A DNA stretch of 64,000 nucleotides from a virus. Lineage: Duplodnaviria > Caudoviricetes. The notes beneath the pieces were generated by a model, which was not told the origin of the DNA, did not search any database, and was given only the letters and a program-made list of their open reading frames with translations. The position numbers and the translations under genes were made by a program. Below are positions 16,527-26,346 of the stretch, piece by piece (within the stretch, counting starts at the first letter, position 1; every line of letters starts with the position of its first letter). The DNA lies in the IMG/VR virus record IMGVR_UViG_2599185236_000001, positions 10,466 through 74,465 of that record. The stretch is one strand, 5' to 3'.

Positions 16527-18812
16527 TCACCCGATACGGCGGCAGGACACGTTGTCGATCGAAGCTCCAGCGGACGCCGTTGCGTAGACGGCTACGTCGG
16601 TTGACGTTCCATTGGCAGTCATCGTTTCGCTGTAGGTGCCCGTGGCCATCCTCGTGATCCCATCCACGACTGTGGATCCGACAAAGCGAGGACGCACTCC
16701 ACCAGTGCCGCTAATTGCCGTAATCGTGTAGGTGAACTCATATGACGCACCAGCAACAAGATCGGCTGGTTGTGATATCGCGCTTCCCGTTCCAGAAGCG
16801 TGCGCAGCTACGCCGCCGCCTATCGACCAGCCCGCGCCTTTCGACCAAACGCTATCCGACGAAAAGGCGCCATTGATGACGAGGTTTTGTCCAGGAACTG
16901 TCGAAATCACGTTGGCTGTGACCGACCAATCGCCGTAGCTACCGCCGCTCTCTTTGAAAGCGACCTGAACGTCTAGATTCTGGTTGCTAGGGACAACGTT
17001 GGTATTCAGATTAACAAACCCTCCGGAGGCCGAAGAGTCGGGAAATTCTTGAGATACCCAAGCTCCAGGCTGACCGTCGCCACGATCGGCAAGGCGATAC
17101 CGGACGACAGGCGTGTAACTGTCTTCCTCCGGGTCGATGATGACGACGCGAACATAGACGCTCTGTCCACTCGCTCTAGCTTGAACCAGATTGATAACGG
17201 GGGTGAGAATGCCGACGACATTCGGCTTTGGCGGGACAGGAGGCTGCTGCCCCTCGTCTACCGCTGGGTTCCAAGCGTCGATGTTGTCGGGGTGCTTCAC
17301 GAAGTCCATAGAGAAGCCGCCCTTGGAGGGCGCGAATACTGAACTTCGGTTCTCGATCAGCTTTCCGTTTAGGCGCGGCAGCCGCATAGGCGTTGCCAGC
17401 CTTACCCACCGGGCATAGACCGCATTGATGCCTGACGTGCGGACGTTGATCGTCCCTCTTGCCTTTTCCAGGACACGCAACCAGTCACGCTTGCCGAGCT
17501 GTCGGGCCTGCCGCCAGTCCTGGCACCACTGGTAGTTTGCCTCCTTGGGGAGAACCCTGCCCGATGTCAGCTGCCGATCGACGTCCTCGAAGAAGTCAGT
17601 GTCTGTCGTCGTGTAGTCTGTCGCGGGATAGGTGAACTTCGGAACGAGGCGATTGATTTCCTCGTCAAACGGCACGTCCTCTTGGATCTGATGGCCGACG
17701 ATATCCGTATCCGACAGCGTCACGACGCGGCTCTCACGGAACTTACCGACCGTGAGGATACGGGCGCCGTCGCCACGGGCCACCAAGTGACCGTCGCAGG
17801 TTGCGAGGATAGCGTTCAGTCCGGATTTGGGACCGTTCTCTGTCGTATCGTAGCCGTTGCACTGGTAGCGCTTGTGAGTACCACCGCCGGCGTTCGGCAC
17901 GTCCTCGTCGCAAATGTCGGCCTCCTCCTTCCACAAATCGAGGACGGGCAAGAGCGCCTTGCGGTAGTCGAGCCGGAAACCGAACTCATTGAAGCATAGA
18001 TGCCAGGCGCAGATCACCGCGCTGTTTTGCGTCCACTTCCATGTAGCTGGATTAGTCGGGCTCTGCGTCGGGTCTCGGAAATCCCAGCATAGCGCATCGT
18101 CACTCTCGACTGACAGCATCGGGATGCCGTAAGGAAAGCGCTTTTGCTGGTTCTTGGCCTTGGTCGCAGACGCCCTGATGAAAAGAGATGCCTGACCGTC
18201 GCCGCGGTGGTTGTTGGTCCACAAGCCAGTCGACGAGAACCTAGACACCGCATCGGCGTAGGCCGTCTCTACCGGCAGCCCGAGGCGAGTTTCGATCCTG
18301 ACGCTATCGCTCGCGTATCGTTTGCTGAGCCCATTGACGTAGCCGTCCGGCTTGACCGTCACTTCGTCGTCATGCAGCCAGAATCGATTGACGGACCTGA
18401 TGCGATGGCCGCGAAGAGCCTGCACCATATAGGCAGTGACTTCGTTCTCGCTGGACTCGAAGAACATGAAGGCGCCGGCGCTGCGGTTTCTTCCGACGCC
18501 CCAGATACGGTACGGAATCGCCTGCTGTAGCGGAAACTTACCGTTCTCCGGCTTCGGTGGCTCCGGCATCATCATCGCCTGGATGCCGATGGTCAGGGCT
18601 GTCGTTGCGATTGCGGTCGAGAGACCTACAGCAACGTTGAGTGCCGTTCCGGTAAGACCGATGCCACTAAAAACAGCCGTAAATAGTGGCGTGAAAATCG
18701 GATCTCGGCGCGCGATCGGGTACATCACAGTCGTGCGACGGATCGCGTAGTCCCAGATCTCTCGCTGGAATGCCAGGTCGTAGCGGTGCGTATAAAAGCG
18801 CTCGTCTCTCAC
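16527..18812 (-). CDS. Tail tip / host-specificity (gpJ-like central tail) protein
   Basis: Large late gene after the NlpC-like gene; GTGA-coupled start at 18812; C-terminal carbohydrate-binding-like module. Confidence 0.8.
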   Translation of the reverse strand: MRDERFYTHRYDLAFQREIWDYAIRRTTVMYPIARRDPIFTPLFTAVFSGIGLTGTALNVAVGLSTAIATTALTIGIQAMMMPEPPKPENGKFPLQQAIPYRIWGVGRNRSAGAFMFFESSENEVTAYMVQALRGHRIRSVNRFWLHDDEVTVKPDGYVNGLSKRYASDSVRIETRLGLPVETAYADAVSRFSSTGLWTNNHRGDGQASLFIRASATKAKNQQKRFPYGIPMLSVESDDALCWDFRDPTQSPTNPATWKWTQNSAVICAWHLCFNEFGFRLDYRKALLPVLDLWKEEADICDEDVPNAGGGTHKRYQCNGYDTTENGPKSGLNAILATCDGHLVARGDGARILTVGKFRESRVVTLSDTDIVGHQIQEDVPFDEEINRLVPKFTYPATDYTTTDTDFFEDVDRQLTSGRVLPKEANYQWCQDWRQARQLGKRDWLRVLEKARGTINVRTSGINAVYARWVRLATPMRLPRLNGKLIENRSSVFAPSKGGFSMDFVKHPDNIDAWNPAVDEGQQPPVPPKPNVVGILTPVINLVQARASGQSVYVRVVIIDPEEDSYTPVVRYRLADRGDGQPGAWVSQEFPDSSASGGFVNLNTNVVPSNQNLDVQVAFKESGGSYGDWSVTANVISTVPGQNLVINGAFSSDSVWSKGAGWSIGGGVAAHASGTGSAISQPADLVAGASYEFTYTITAISGTGGVRPRFVGSTVVDGITRMATGTYSETMTANGTSTDVAVYATASAGASIDNVSCRRIG

Positions 18813-19210
18813 GGGGAATACCTCCACGCAGCGACGTGCTGCAGTGCCTTGGCCGACGCACCGCGCGGGCCGAGGACCGCCCAAAGCGGCCCGAAACGAA
18901 TTGCTGAAACCTCGGCAAACTCGCCGCCGATTGGCGCGAGAACGACGCCGACGTCGCCGTCATGAGGCGCGTCAGTGCGAAGGAATTTGCGAGGGGAAAG
19001 GATCTGTTCGGCAAATCCGACGATGCCGCCTGCCTCGGCGAGAATGGCGTCGGCGCCCTCCTTCGAGGTGTAGCTGCCCCGGTAATTCAGGGCTGGGTCG
19101 AAGCCCCATCGACGGTTGATCCACGTCGCACAGAATGTCGTGCAGTCGTCGCCACCCACCCCGCCCCACCGAAACCGGTGAGGCAGGCTGAGGAACTCAA
19201 GAAGTTCCAT
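18809..19210 (-). CDS. Tail assembly protein, NlpC/P60-like (gpK/DUF6950-like)
   Basis: FRWGGVGGDDCTTFCATW motif, GDVGVV, position in the tail tip cluster. Confidence 0.75.
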   Translation of the reverse strand: MELLEFLSLPHRFRWGGVGGDDCTTFCATWINRRWGFDPALNYRGSYTSKEGADAILAEAGGIVGFAEQILSPRKFLRTDAPHDGDVGVVLAPIGGEFAEVSAIRFGPLWAVLGPRGASAKALQHVAAWRYSP

Positions 19211-19224
19211 CGATCACCTGAAGA

Positions 19225-19827
19225 TTAGTAGCCGAGGCCCCACGAGGGCTGCACGCCGCGCCCGTAGCGGGAAGTGTTCTTGCAAAAGTCGTCGGTCGAC
19301 GAGAGCGCCCGCTGCTGCGGCTGCGACCAGAGAGTGCGAGCGGGAATTGAACGCGTGGCCTCGCCGGTGACGACAGTCAAAGACAGCGTGATGCTAGGCG
19401 ACTGGTCGCCCGTGGCGGTCGGAGAAGCCTCGCCAGTATGAGAAGCCGTTCCTTCCCAGATCGGGATGATGGCGCTCATCGGCTGGAAATATTGATCGAG
19501 CGTCGTGATGCCGAGCGTGACATTGGCACCGCGCACCGCAGGGATGCTGTCCATCGTCTTTGCCGCAGTCGCCGGATCGATTCCGGAGAGCGTGAACTCG
19601 ACGCTGTCCGCCGTGCCGTTCACCAGCACCTCGAGCGTCGGCAGCCCAATGAGGCGCCCTCCTCCGAGGTAAACCGTGCCTTCTGGATCGATGCTGTCGA
19701 AGCCGGCGGGGATGTCGTTGACGCCAAACCAGATGTGCAGCGCCGGATCGGTATCGATCCGCAGGAATATCCCTAGCTGGTGACTTCCTTGCAGCTCGTC
19801 GATGATGTGGTCTGGAACCCAACCCAT
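19225..19827 (-). CDS. Minor tail protein (gpL/hub-like position)
   Basis: ATG 19827 overlaps the upstream TGA; 200 aa; position between Dit-like and NlpC-like genes. Confidence 0.65.
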   Translation of the reverse strand: MGWVPDHIIDELQGSHQLGIFLRIDTDPALHIWFGVNDIPAGFDSIDPEGTVYLGGGRLIGLPTLEVLVNGTADSVEFTLSGIDPATAAKTMDSIPAVRGANVTLGITTLDQYFQPMSAIIPIWEGTASHTGEASPTATGDQSPSITLSLTVVTGEATRSIPARTLWSQPQQRALSSTDDFCKNTSRYGRGVQPSWGLGY

Positions 19828-20546
19828 CAGAAGGCCTCGGAAAACTGGATGTTTTGCTGAATGGAGTAAAATGCCTCCGAAACAGATGGCAGCGTAAAGC
19901 CGGCCCTGAACTTTGCGGCGAAACGCGGCCGAGCAAACTCGACACGAGTGCCTGACGGCGTTGCCTCGCGCAGAGGGATCGAAAGAGCCAGTGTGTAAAC
20001 CGGGTTCGTCTCGCTGGTGACATCCAGGACGTCCCAATACCGATATGCGCGCCAGCCTTTAGCGGTCTCGTGATAAATCGAGAACCAGTCCGACCAACGA
20101 AGCGGCCGTGAGAGGCCGTAGACCCGCATCTTGATGATGCCGGCGTTGAGCCCCGCCGACTGAACAAGCTCTCCGTAAACCGTGGCCTGGCTGTATCCTG
20201 ATCCGTCGCTAAAGTAGGCGCCGTCGGAGTGCGGAATGCCGCCGATCGTCGGCCGCTTGCCAGCGAACGGACCCCACCAATCGGTGATGATCGGCACGTT
20301 GATGAAGCGGAAGCCGCCAGTCAGCCTTGCGCCGAGCCAGTTGATATATTCGAACTGCTCCGGCTCGGTGATCTTGCATTCCTCGTAAGTGGAGGAGAGA
20401 GCCCCTCCTCCACTCATCTGGATTTCGATCGTCTCGCCCGTCCCGCTGCGCCCGCCGTCAACCGATGAGCCCATCACGTCGACAGAGGTGCGTAGCGGAG
20501 CAAGAAAGTCCGCCTCAAGAGTCGGCAGATTCAGGAATTTGGCCAT
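19827..20546 (-). CDS. Distal tail (Dit-like) protein
   Basis: 239 aa directly after the tape measure gene. Confidence 0.6.
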   Translation of the reverse strand: MAKFLNLPTLEADFLAPLRTSVDVMGSSVDGGRSGTGETIEIQMSGGGALSSTYEECKITEPEQFEYINWLGARLTGGFRFINVPIITDWWGPFAGKRPTIGGIPHSDGAYFSDGSGYSQATVYGELVQSAGLNAGIIKMRVYGLSRPLRWSDWFSIYHETAKGWRAYRYWDVLDVTSETNPVYTLALSIPLREATPSGTRVEFARPRFAAKFRAGFTLPSVSEAFYSIQQNIQFSEAF

Positions 20547-20548
20547 CC

Positions 20549-23500
20549 TCAGCCTTTCATCGAAGTGAACTTTTGCTGGTTTGAGCCGAAGCCCGATCGC
20601 TGCTGCGACTGGTTGTATTGGCCGAGACCGTCGCTCACGCCCTGTTGAACAAGCATCCGGACATGATCATCGCCATTGGCGCCGTCTATGCGGACCACTA
20701 AGACGCCGGGCTGTCCGTTGTCGTTGGCTGCCGCTCGCGGGGAGCGCAGTGCGGGTGCCGATGGAACCGACGCGGGCGTCACAAGACCGCCCTCAGCGAA
20801 GCGCCCAACCTGGCCGCTGTTGATGGCGCGCAGGAGTGCGAGGTGCTTCTTGGTAGCGCTGGCACGTACGACGAACTCGCCATTCGAAAGCATCGCAGGG
20901 ATGCTGTCGCTGGTGCCCGTCCCGGGACCGCGGACATCGCCGCCATCGGCAAATAGGCCGACCATTGGCGTGTACTTGGCGATCTGCGCGGCACTCAACC
21001 CGCCTCCAAAGAGGCCGGAGAAAATACCGCCAAGCCCGCCGACGCCGCCGCCGCCGCTTGGGGCGGATGGGGCTGCCGGAAAGAAGCTTGTCGAAAGCTG
21101 GCCCAGTTGGCCAAGGCCCTGCGTTGCTGCGCCTGAACTATCGGCAAGCTTGCCGAGCGCATCGGCCGCGCTAGTAGCGCGCTTCACCTGAAGTTCGGAT
21201 GCGTTGACCCAAGCATTGGTGACAGCGTTGCCCGAATTGCCCGATAGCATCTCAAGCTGCAGTTGCCCGCCGGCCATACGGGTCGATCCGGTTGCGAGGC
21301 CGACATGTCCGCCTGCCTGATCGGCACCAAGGCCGCGCGACTGCAAAAGCACGTCGCCGCGGAGAACCTGGCCGGGATCGACGGCCGAGCCCCAGTTCTG
21401 GAACGAGTTCGCGGTCAGCGAGCCAGAGCCCTTGACGCCGATTTGCTCGAGCGAAGAGTTGACGAAGGCCGCACACCAAGCGGTCTGTGCCGCATTGATG
21501 TCGACGCCGCCCTGTTTCAGGTAGGCGTTGATTGATCCCGCATTGCTACGCTCGTTGGCGCCGAGGAGCGCCGAGGCCTTGTCGACCGCGCCTCCGGCGC
21601 CTGCGCCCGCGGTCTTGCCGCCAAAAACGCTCGAAAGAAGTCCGCCACCCAAGGATGTGGCGCTGCTACCGATCGGCGAACCATTTCCGCCGCCAGTCAT
21701 GATAGCTTTGAACAACTGACCAAGTACGTTCGACAGCTGCTTCTGCGCGGTATCCTTAAGCTCATTGAGGAAGACCTCGCCGAACGCCTTGCCGATATCG
21801 CCGCCGCTGTTCACGATGCCATTTGCTAGGCTGTCAGCGAATTGATCGATCGCCTCGTTCTGTCGCTCAAGCTGTTGCGACTGCCTGATCTGGCCAGCCT
21901 CCTGGCTGTTCATATCGGTCGGTAGGCCGTACTGCTTGAGCGTCGTATAGATCTGTTGATCCTGCGACGTCATCGAGTTGTAACGACGCTGCTCCAGCAG
22001 ATCCTGCGACAGCTTGGCCTTGGCCAACTCGGCCGAATACTGCTTGTAGAGCGCGACTTTCTTCTCTAGCTCGGCGCGCTGCGCCTCACTGAGGGACCGG
22101 CCTTTGTCCTCGGCCTGCTGGAATAGATCCAGCGCGAACCGCGCGGTGTCTGCTTCGATACCGAACTTGCCGAGAAGGTCGATCTCCTGCTGCATCTGCG
22201 CGAGGCGATCGTCTGCCGACTTTTTCAGGTCGCGGTATGCATTGGCGGATCGCTGGGCGGCTGTCTCGGCTTTCTTGTCGGTAGGCAGTGCCTCAAGCTC
22301 GCGCAGGGGTCTACCCTGCGGTACAGGACCAACCTCCGGCGTCATGAAGCCGGGGTTTTGGATATTCTCGTCCCAAGGCTGAGCGTTGGTTTCCGGCTTG
22401 CCTGTCGCAGGATTATAACTGCGCCAGGTCGTTACCGGCAAATTGCGGCTAGCCGCATCGTTTACCTTGCCCACGTTCTCGGATGCCGACAGAGCGGATG
22501 TCGACAGCTCGTCAAACATCTTCTTCCAGTCGGCGAGAGCAGGAATACCCGAGCTGTTGATTGCTGCGGCAAGGGCATCCTGTACGCTCTTGACGTCTTG
22601 CGCCTCCAGCTTTCCATCTGCCGCAGACTTAGCGAACTGCTCAAAAGCGGACTGCAGCCGCTTGATGACCTCGTCTGCCTCCCCGGCAGATCGAAGGTCT
22701 TGAACGAGTGCGGAGACAGAAATGCGAGCATCTTCTAGCTGCTTCTTTGTGTCTTCGAGAGTCTTCTCGTTGATCAGGGCCACGCCAGCCTTAAGGTCGG
22801 CCGCATCCTGCGCCCGCGCCAATTGCTCGGCGTATTCCCTAAGCGCGGGGACCGCGTCGCCCCATTTGTCGGCGACCGACTGGATAAGCTGCGCTTGCTC
22901 CTTGAGCTTCTCCGACGCGCTATTGCTATCGGAAAGGACGCCGGAGAAGTAAGCTACGGCCGCCGCAGTCGCACCAATCGCCCCAATTGTGATAAGCGAT
23001 ATGGGATTGACCAACTGCATGAAGGCGCCAGCGACAGCTGGACCAATACGCTCGCCGCTCGCTCGAATGTCGTTGAAGACTTGCGCGACCTGCGGACCCT
23101 GCTGGAGGGCAACGGTATACCATGGCATGAATGCCGCAGTAGCGGCTACGTCGAAGCCCTGCGCAGCAAGGTTGGACGTGTTGAACGAATTTCCACGGCT
23201 CATTGTGACCGTGGCTTGCAGTGCCTGATTTCGACCCTTGATTGCCGCAGTCGATGCCAGGGCAGCCTGTCGTTCGCGCGAAATAGCCGTAGCCATCTCG
23301 TCAGCCGAGATCGCGCCTAGAGCATGCGCCCGCTTGATGTCTGCGACGGCCGACTTGTAGTTGTTGATCGTGTTGAACAGAGGCGAGTAGCGAGCACGAA
23401 GGCGCTCAAGCTCTTTGCCTTGGTCGGCGAGTGCGCCGGTCCATTCTTTAGCGGCGCTGGTTCCGATCCCAACCATGCCGTTGATGCGATTCTGTAGGCT

Positions 23501-23665
23501 GGTGGTCAGGGAGCTGTCGACCGAACGACCAACGTTGTCGAACTGCTTCTTGACCGATCCAGCAAGCGTGCCGAGATCTTGCTCGATGCGCTTGATGCTG
23601 CGGCGAAGTGTAGCTTGGTCGGTCGAAATGCTGATAATCAGGTCATCGGAGTTATCGACCGCCAT
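20549..23665 (-). CDS. Tail tape measure protein with internal CHAP/NlpC-like domain
   Basis: 1038 aa Ala-rich helical; QQGPQVAQVF/LVNPISL motif; AWCAAFVN...GGHVG...SGNSGN domain; FADGG/LSNGEFVV C-terminus. Confidence 0.93.
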   Translation of the reverse strand: MAVDNSDDLIISISTDQATLRRSIKRIEQDLGTLAGSVKKQFDNVGRSVDSSLTTSLQNRINGMVGIGTSAAKEWTGALADQGKELERLRARYSPLFNTINNYKSAVADIKRAHALGAISADEMATAISRERQAALASTAAIKGRNQALQATVTMSRGNSFNTSNLAAQGFDVAATAAFMPWYTVALQQGPQVAQVFNDIRASGERIGPAVAGAFMQLVNPISLITIGAIGATAAAVAYFSGVLSDSNSASEKLKEQAQLIQSVADKWGDAVPALREYAEQLARAQDAADLKAGVALINEKTLEDTKKQLEDARISVSALVQDLRSAGEADEVIKRLQSAFEQFAKSAADGKLEAQDVKSVQDALAAAINSSGIPALADWKKMFDELSTSALSASENVGKVNDAASRNLPVTTWRSYNPATGKPETNAQPWDENIQNPGFMTPEVGPVPQGRPLRELEALPTDKKAETAAQRSANAYRDLKKSADDRLAQMQQEIDLLGKFGIEADTARFALDLFQQAEDKGRSLSEAQRAELEKKVALYKQYSAELAKAKLSQDLLEQRRYNSMTSQDQQIYTTLKQYGLPTDMNSQEAGQIRQSQQLERQNEAIDQFADSLANGIVNSGGDIGKAFGEVFLNELKDTAQKQLSNVLGQLFKAIMTGGGNGSPIGSSATSLGGGLLSSVFGGKTAGAGAGGAVDKASALLGANERSNAGSINAYLKQGGVDINAAQTAWCAAFVNSSLEQIGVKGSGSLTANSFQNWGSAVDPGQVLRGDVLLQSRGLGADQAGGHVGLATGSTRMAGGQLQLEMLSGNSGNAVTNAWVNASELQVKRATSAADALGKLADSSGAATQGLGQLGQLSTSFFPAAPSAPSGGGGVGGLGGIFSGLFGGGLSAAQIAKYTPMVGLFADGGDVRGPGTGTSDSIPAMLSNGEFVVRASATKKHLALLRAINSGQVGRFAEGGLVTPASVPSAPALRSPRAAANDNGQPGVLVVRIDGANGDDHVRMLVQQGVSDGLGQYNQSQQRSGFGSNQQKFTSMKG

Positions 23666-23676
23666 GCGAGCATCCT

Positions 23677-23706
23677 AAAAAGAAGGCCCGCGTGGTGGCG
23701 GGCCTT
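23677..23706 (-). terminator. Terminator-like hairpin just upstream of the tape measure gene
   Basis: Minus strand AAGGCCCGC-CACCAC-GCGGGCCTT followed by CTTTTT. Confidence 0.6.
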
Positions 23707-23714
23707 GGAGGTGT

Positions 23715-23957
23715 GTGGTGAAACTATCGATAGGATTGGCGCTGCTAGTCAGCGCGACATCAACGTATGCGCAGGCGCTACCGCCTGTACCGAAGGACGA
23801 CGATACGCATGCCGCCAAGGCACACGCATGCGCTGTGGCCATCAGTGAGGTCTACGGATGGCAGCTTGGTCCGGCAAAACGTCTCCGAGATTGGTGCCGC
23901 CAAAATGACTTCATCACATACAAACAGCAGCTCGAAGCTGAGAGGATGGTGCGCTAA
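23715..23957 (+). CDS. Small secreted protein (moron, antisense to the tail operon)
   Basis: Signal peptide (MVKLSIGLALLVSATSTYA), two Cys, 80 aa. Confidence 0.6.
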   Translation: MVKLSIGLALLVSATSTYAQALPPVPKDDDTHAAKAHACAVAISEVYGWQLGPAKRLRDWCRQNDFITYKQQLEAERMVR

Positions 23958-24196
23958 CCAAACCTAGCCAGCAGCGCGGCCATTTCGTTCTCGGTCGGCG
24001 CCGCAGTCGACTTCTCAGTCTCGCCGCCCTGTGCGTCGTTGTGGCCGTTAATGGCCTCAAAGAACTCAGTCATGGTCGACGACCAGAAGTCGGCAGGCCT
24101 CCACTTGAGGCCGCCGATCCCGATGCGCATCCATTGCCGCCAAGGGAATGGATCTTCTTTCGCTACGCCGCCTGACTGGCGGCTTCCGCGTTTCCC
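23954..24196 (-). CDS. Tail assembly chaperone T segment (gpGT C-terminus via -1 frameshift; internal ATG at 24130)
   Basis: -1 frame after G GGA AAC reads GKRGSRQSGGVAKEDPFPWRQWMRIGIGGLKWRPADFWSST. Confidence 0.75.
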   Translation of the reverse strand, partial: GKRGSRQSGGVAKEDPFPWRQWMRIGIGGLKWRPADFWSSTMTEFFEAINGHNDAQGGETEKSTAAPTENEMAALLARFG

Positions 24197-24522
24197 TCGT
24201 CTTCTCCATCGAAATGGTGAGCGAGGACGGCCATGAAGGCGATGCGACATGCACCGAAGTGCTTAAGCTTAAGCTTGTGAATTGCCTCGAGCGGCTTGCC
24301 CTTTACGGTCAGGAGCTCGATGCCGGCCACCGTAGCGGCCGCCTCCACGTCCGACAGACGGAGGAATAGGTCATTCAGCGACTTGCACTGCAGGCGCGTG
24401 GATACGGCCGACAGGCGGCCCATCTCTGCGGCAAGCACAAGCGGCACGTCGTCGACCCACAGCGATACCTCGCCGCGGGCCTCGTTGACGTCCAAGGGGA
24501 AAGGCTTCTCCTCTACAGCCAT
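24163..24522 (-). CDS. Tail assembly chaperone (gpG / GTA-gp10-like)
   Basis: Position after the tail tube gene; slippery heptamer near its 3' end. Confidence 0.8.
   Translation of the reverse strand: MAVEEKPFPLDVNEARGEVSLWVDDVPLVLAAEMGRLSAVSTRLQCKSLNDLFLRLSDVEAAATVAGIELLTVKGKPLEAIHKLKLKHFGACRIAFMAVLAHHFDGEDEGNAEAASQAA
24190..24196 (-). other. Programmed -1 ribosomal frameshift site G GGA AAC
   Basis: X XXY YYZ heptamer in frame (GAG GGA AAC); the -1 frame stays open to 23954. Confidence 0.8.
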
Positions 24523-24525
24523 CGA

Positions 24526-24957
24526 TTATGCCTCCGCCGTGAATTCAAGCGGCGCAGCGGCTTCGAACGTCGCGCTGAACTGAAGGTCGTTTTCCATATC
24601 GCCGGTTGCCTGGAAGTTCGTCACGAAGAACGAGCCTTCGAAGGTGCCGAGGCCTGGGACGATGACTTGAGCGTTGAAGACCGTCGCCTCGATGACGTGA
24701 ACCATGAAGGCCTTCATGGCGACGCTCGATACGAACGTGCCGGAGCCCTGGAATGTGCGGCTGACAATGCCCGGCCGACCGGTCTTCTGGACCGCCTCAC
24801 CGGGATTGGTGCAGCTTGGTTTGGTCGTGTCGACCGAATTCGCCGAGAGATCGAAGCTGCGATCCTTCAGGCCGCAAAGGTTAGAGAATACCTCTGGATC
24901 GAGGCCATTTCCGAGTTTGATGAGCAGCAGTCTGCCGAGCTGTTCGCCGAGCGCCAT
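24526..24957 (-). CDS. Major tail (tube) protein, TP901-1/GTA-gp9-like
   Basis: GRLLLIKLGNG...CGLKDRSFDLSANSVDTT...FEGSFFVTNF pattern. Confidence 0.88.
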   Translation of the reverse strand: MALGEQLGRLLLIKLGNGLDPEVFSNLCGLKDRSFDLSANSVDTTKPSCTNPGEAVQKTGRPGIVSRTFQGSGTFVSSVAMKAFMVHVIEATVFNAQVIVPGLGTFEGSFFVTNFQATGDMENDLQFSATFEAAAPLEFTAEA

Positions 24958-24987
24958 GAGATACTCCAGATGTAAGAGATGCGCCGG

Positions 24988-25395
24988 CTAGGCCAGCGGT
25001 TTGTGAACCGAGGCCACGAGTTCGATGACTGCGTGGCTCGTAAGGCCGTCAGCGTCGCGGAACGTCCGCGAGGTACGGCAAAGGATGGACACCAGCCGAT
25101 AGGACGGCAGGGTCAGAGGCGCGAGATGAAGGCTTTCCTTCACCGCCGACGCGATGCGTTTGACTTCCGGATATCCGACTGCCTGCGACCATGCGTGCAG
25201 GGTCAGGTAGACCTTTTCACCGGTGACGCATTCGACGTCATCCTGGATGGACTGCGCCTCACCGATCGTCACGTAGGGGAACGTCACCGGTGACGGCGGC
25301 TGGTCGTAGACGCGCTTGCTGACGAGCGCCGTGAGCAGCACGTCAGCGCGAAGGCGCGTATTCACCGCGCCCTGTAGTTCAAGTTCGGCTGACAT
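24988..25395 (-). CDS. Tail terminator / DUF3168-like
   Basis: LQGAVNTRL...VYDQPP..FPYVTIGE motif. Confidence 0.85.
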   Translation of the reverse strand: MSAELELQGAVNTRLRADVLLTALVSKRVYDQPPSPVTFPYVTIGEAQSIQDDVECVTGEKVYLTLHAWSQAVGYPEVKRIASAVKESLHLAPLTLPSYRLVSILCRTSRTFRDADGLTSHAVIELVASVHKPLA

Positions 25396-25397
25396 CG

Positions 25398-25886
25398 CTA
25401 CCCTCTGCGGGCCTCGCGCACCGCCTTATTGACCGCAGCGAGAATCATCCGCCGAATTCTCGGCTTGGCTGCTCGGTAGGTCGGAAAGATGTGAGGCTGC
25501 GCCGGCATACCGGGGTGCATCTTGACCTGCGAAATGGTCGCCTGCTTTTTGCCCGCGACAGTTCCGCCGCCTTTTGTCGTGTAGTGCGGAGCCGTACCGA
25601 ACTCGAGAAAGCGCCATATGAACTTGGCGAAGATGCCAGTGGCGCCGGGATCCTTGGTCGCTCGCGTGCCGACCTGCTCTTGGGCCGGACGGCTCGACAG
25701 TAAATCGCCGTCGATGCTCTCCATGTAGTCGAGCGTCGCTCCGGTTGGAGCGCGACTGCGAATCTCGTCGGCCAGCATGTCGGCGGCTTTGAGTTTCGCC
25801 TCGGCGGTGTACTTCTCGACGTTCGGCGCCAGCTGGTTAAGCCGGCGCATAAGAGCGTCGCGGCCGCGCAGCTCGGCGGTCATCAT
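25398..25886 (-). CDS. HK97 gp10-like neck/tail-completion protein
   Basis: WRFLEFGT and MPAQPHIFP motifs. Confidence 0.85.
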   Translation of the reverse strand: MMTAELRGRDALMRRLNQLAPNVEKYTAEAKLKAADMLADEIRSRAPTGATLDYMESIDGDLLSSRPAQEQVGTRATKDPGATGIFAKFIWRFLEFGTAPHYTTKGGGTVAGKKQATISQVKMHPGMPAQPHIFPTYRAAKPRIRRMILAAVNKAVREARRG

Positions 25887-26227
25887 GCCGCTTCACCCTG
25901 CGTCGCCAGAATATCGATGGTGCGATTCTTCTGATCCATGTCGGCGACTGACGTGATGTTGAAAATTCGGAACGGATCGCGCTTGTCGACGATGCGCCAA
26001 GCCGTCGTGACGTCTCGCGCCGCGGCGCAGCTCGGAATGCGAACGACGTATGGCTGAGTGCCTGTGAGGCGCGCCGCGATAACGGGCTCGCTGCCCTTCA
26101 TCGGAATGAGCTCGGCGGTAGTCTCGAAGACCGTGGCGAACGCGTCCGACTGTGGATTGCCGTACTCATCTTCTCCCTCGCCCCGCTTCTGCATCAGCAG
26201 ACGCTGGCGTCGAGCGCCGGCACTCAT
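25883..26227 (-). CDS. Head closure / head-tail adaptor (SPP1 gp16-like)
   Basis: MSAGARRQRL...GEDEYGN...WRIVD..RIFNITSV. Confidence 0.85.
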   Translation of the reverse strand: MSAGARRQRLLMQKRGEGEDEYGNPQSDAFATVFETTAELIPMKGSEPVIAARLTGTQPYVVRIPSCAAARDVTTAWRIVDKRDPFRIFNITSVADMDQKNRTIDILATQGEAA

Positions 26228-26346
26228 GCGCGCCAGCCCCAGATCTTCCACGCGAAGTTCACTGCGGATGCCCAGCTTTCGCCGAGATCAGCGCCGATCT
26301 TCACGTCGAGCACGAATTGGTGCGCTGACTGAGCAAACTTGATCAT
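26224..26346 (-). CDS. Small hypothetical protein (40 aa)
   Basis: ATGA-coupled at both ends (MIKFAQSAHQFVLDVKIG...WGWRA). Confidence 0.5.
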   Translation of the reverse strand: MIKFAQSAHQFVLDVKIGADLGESWASAVNFAWKIWGWRA

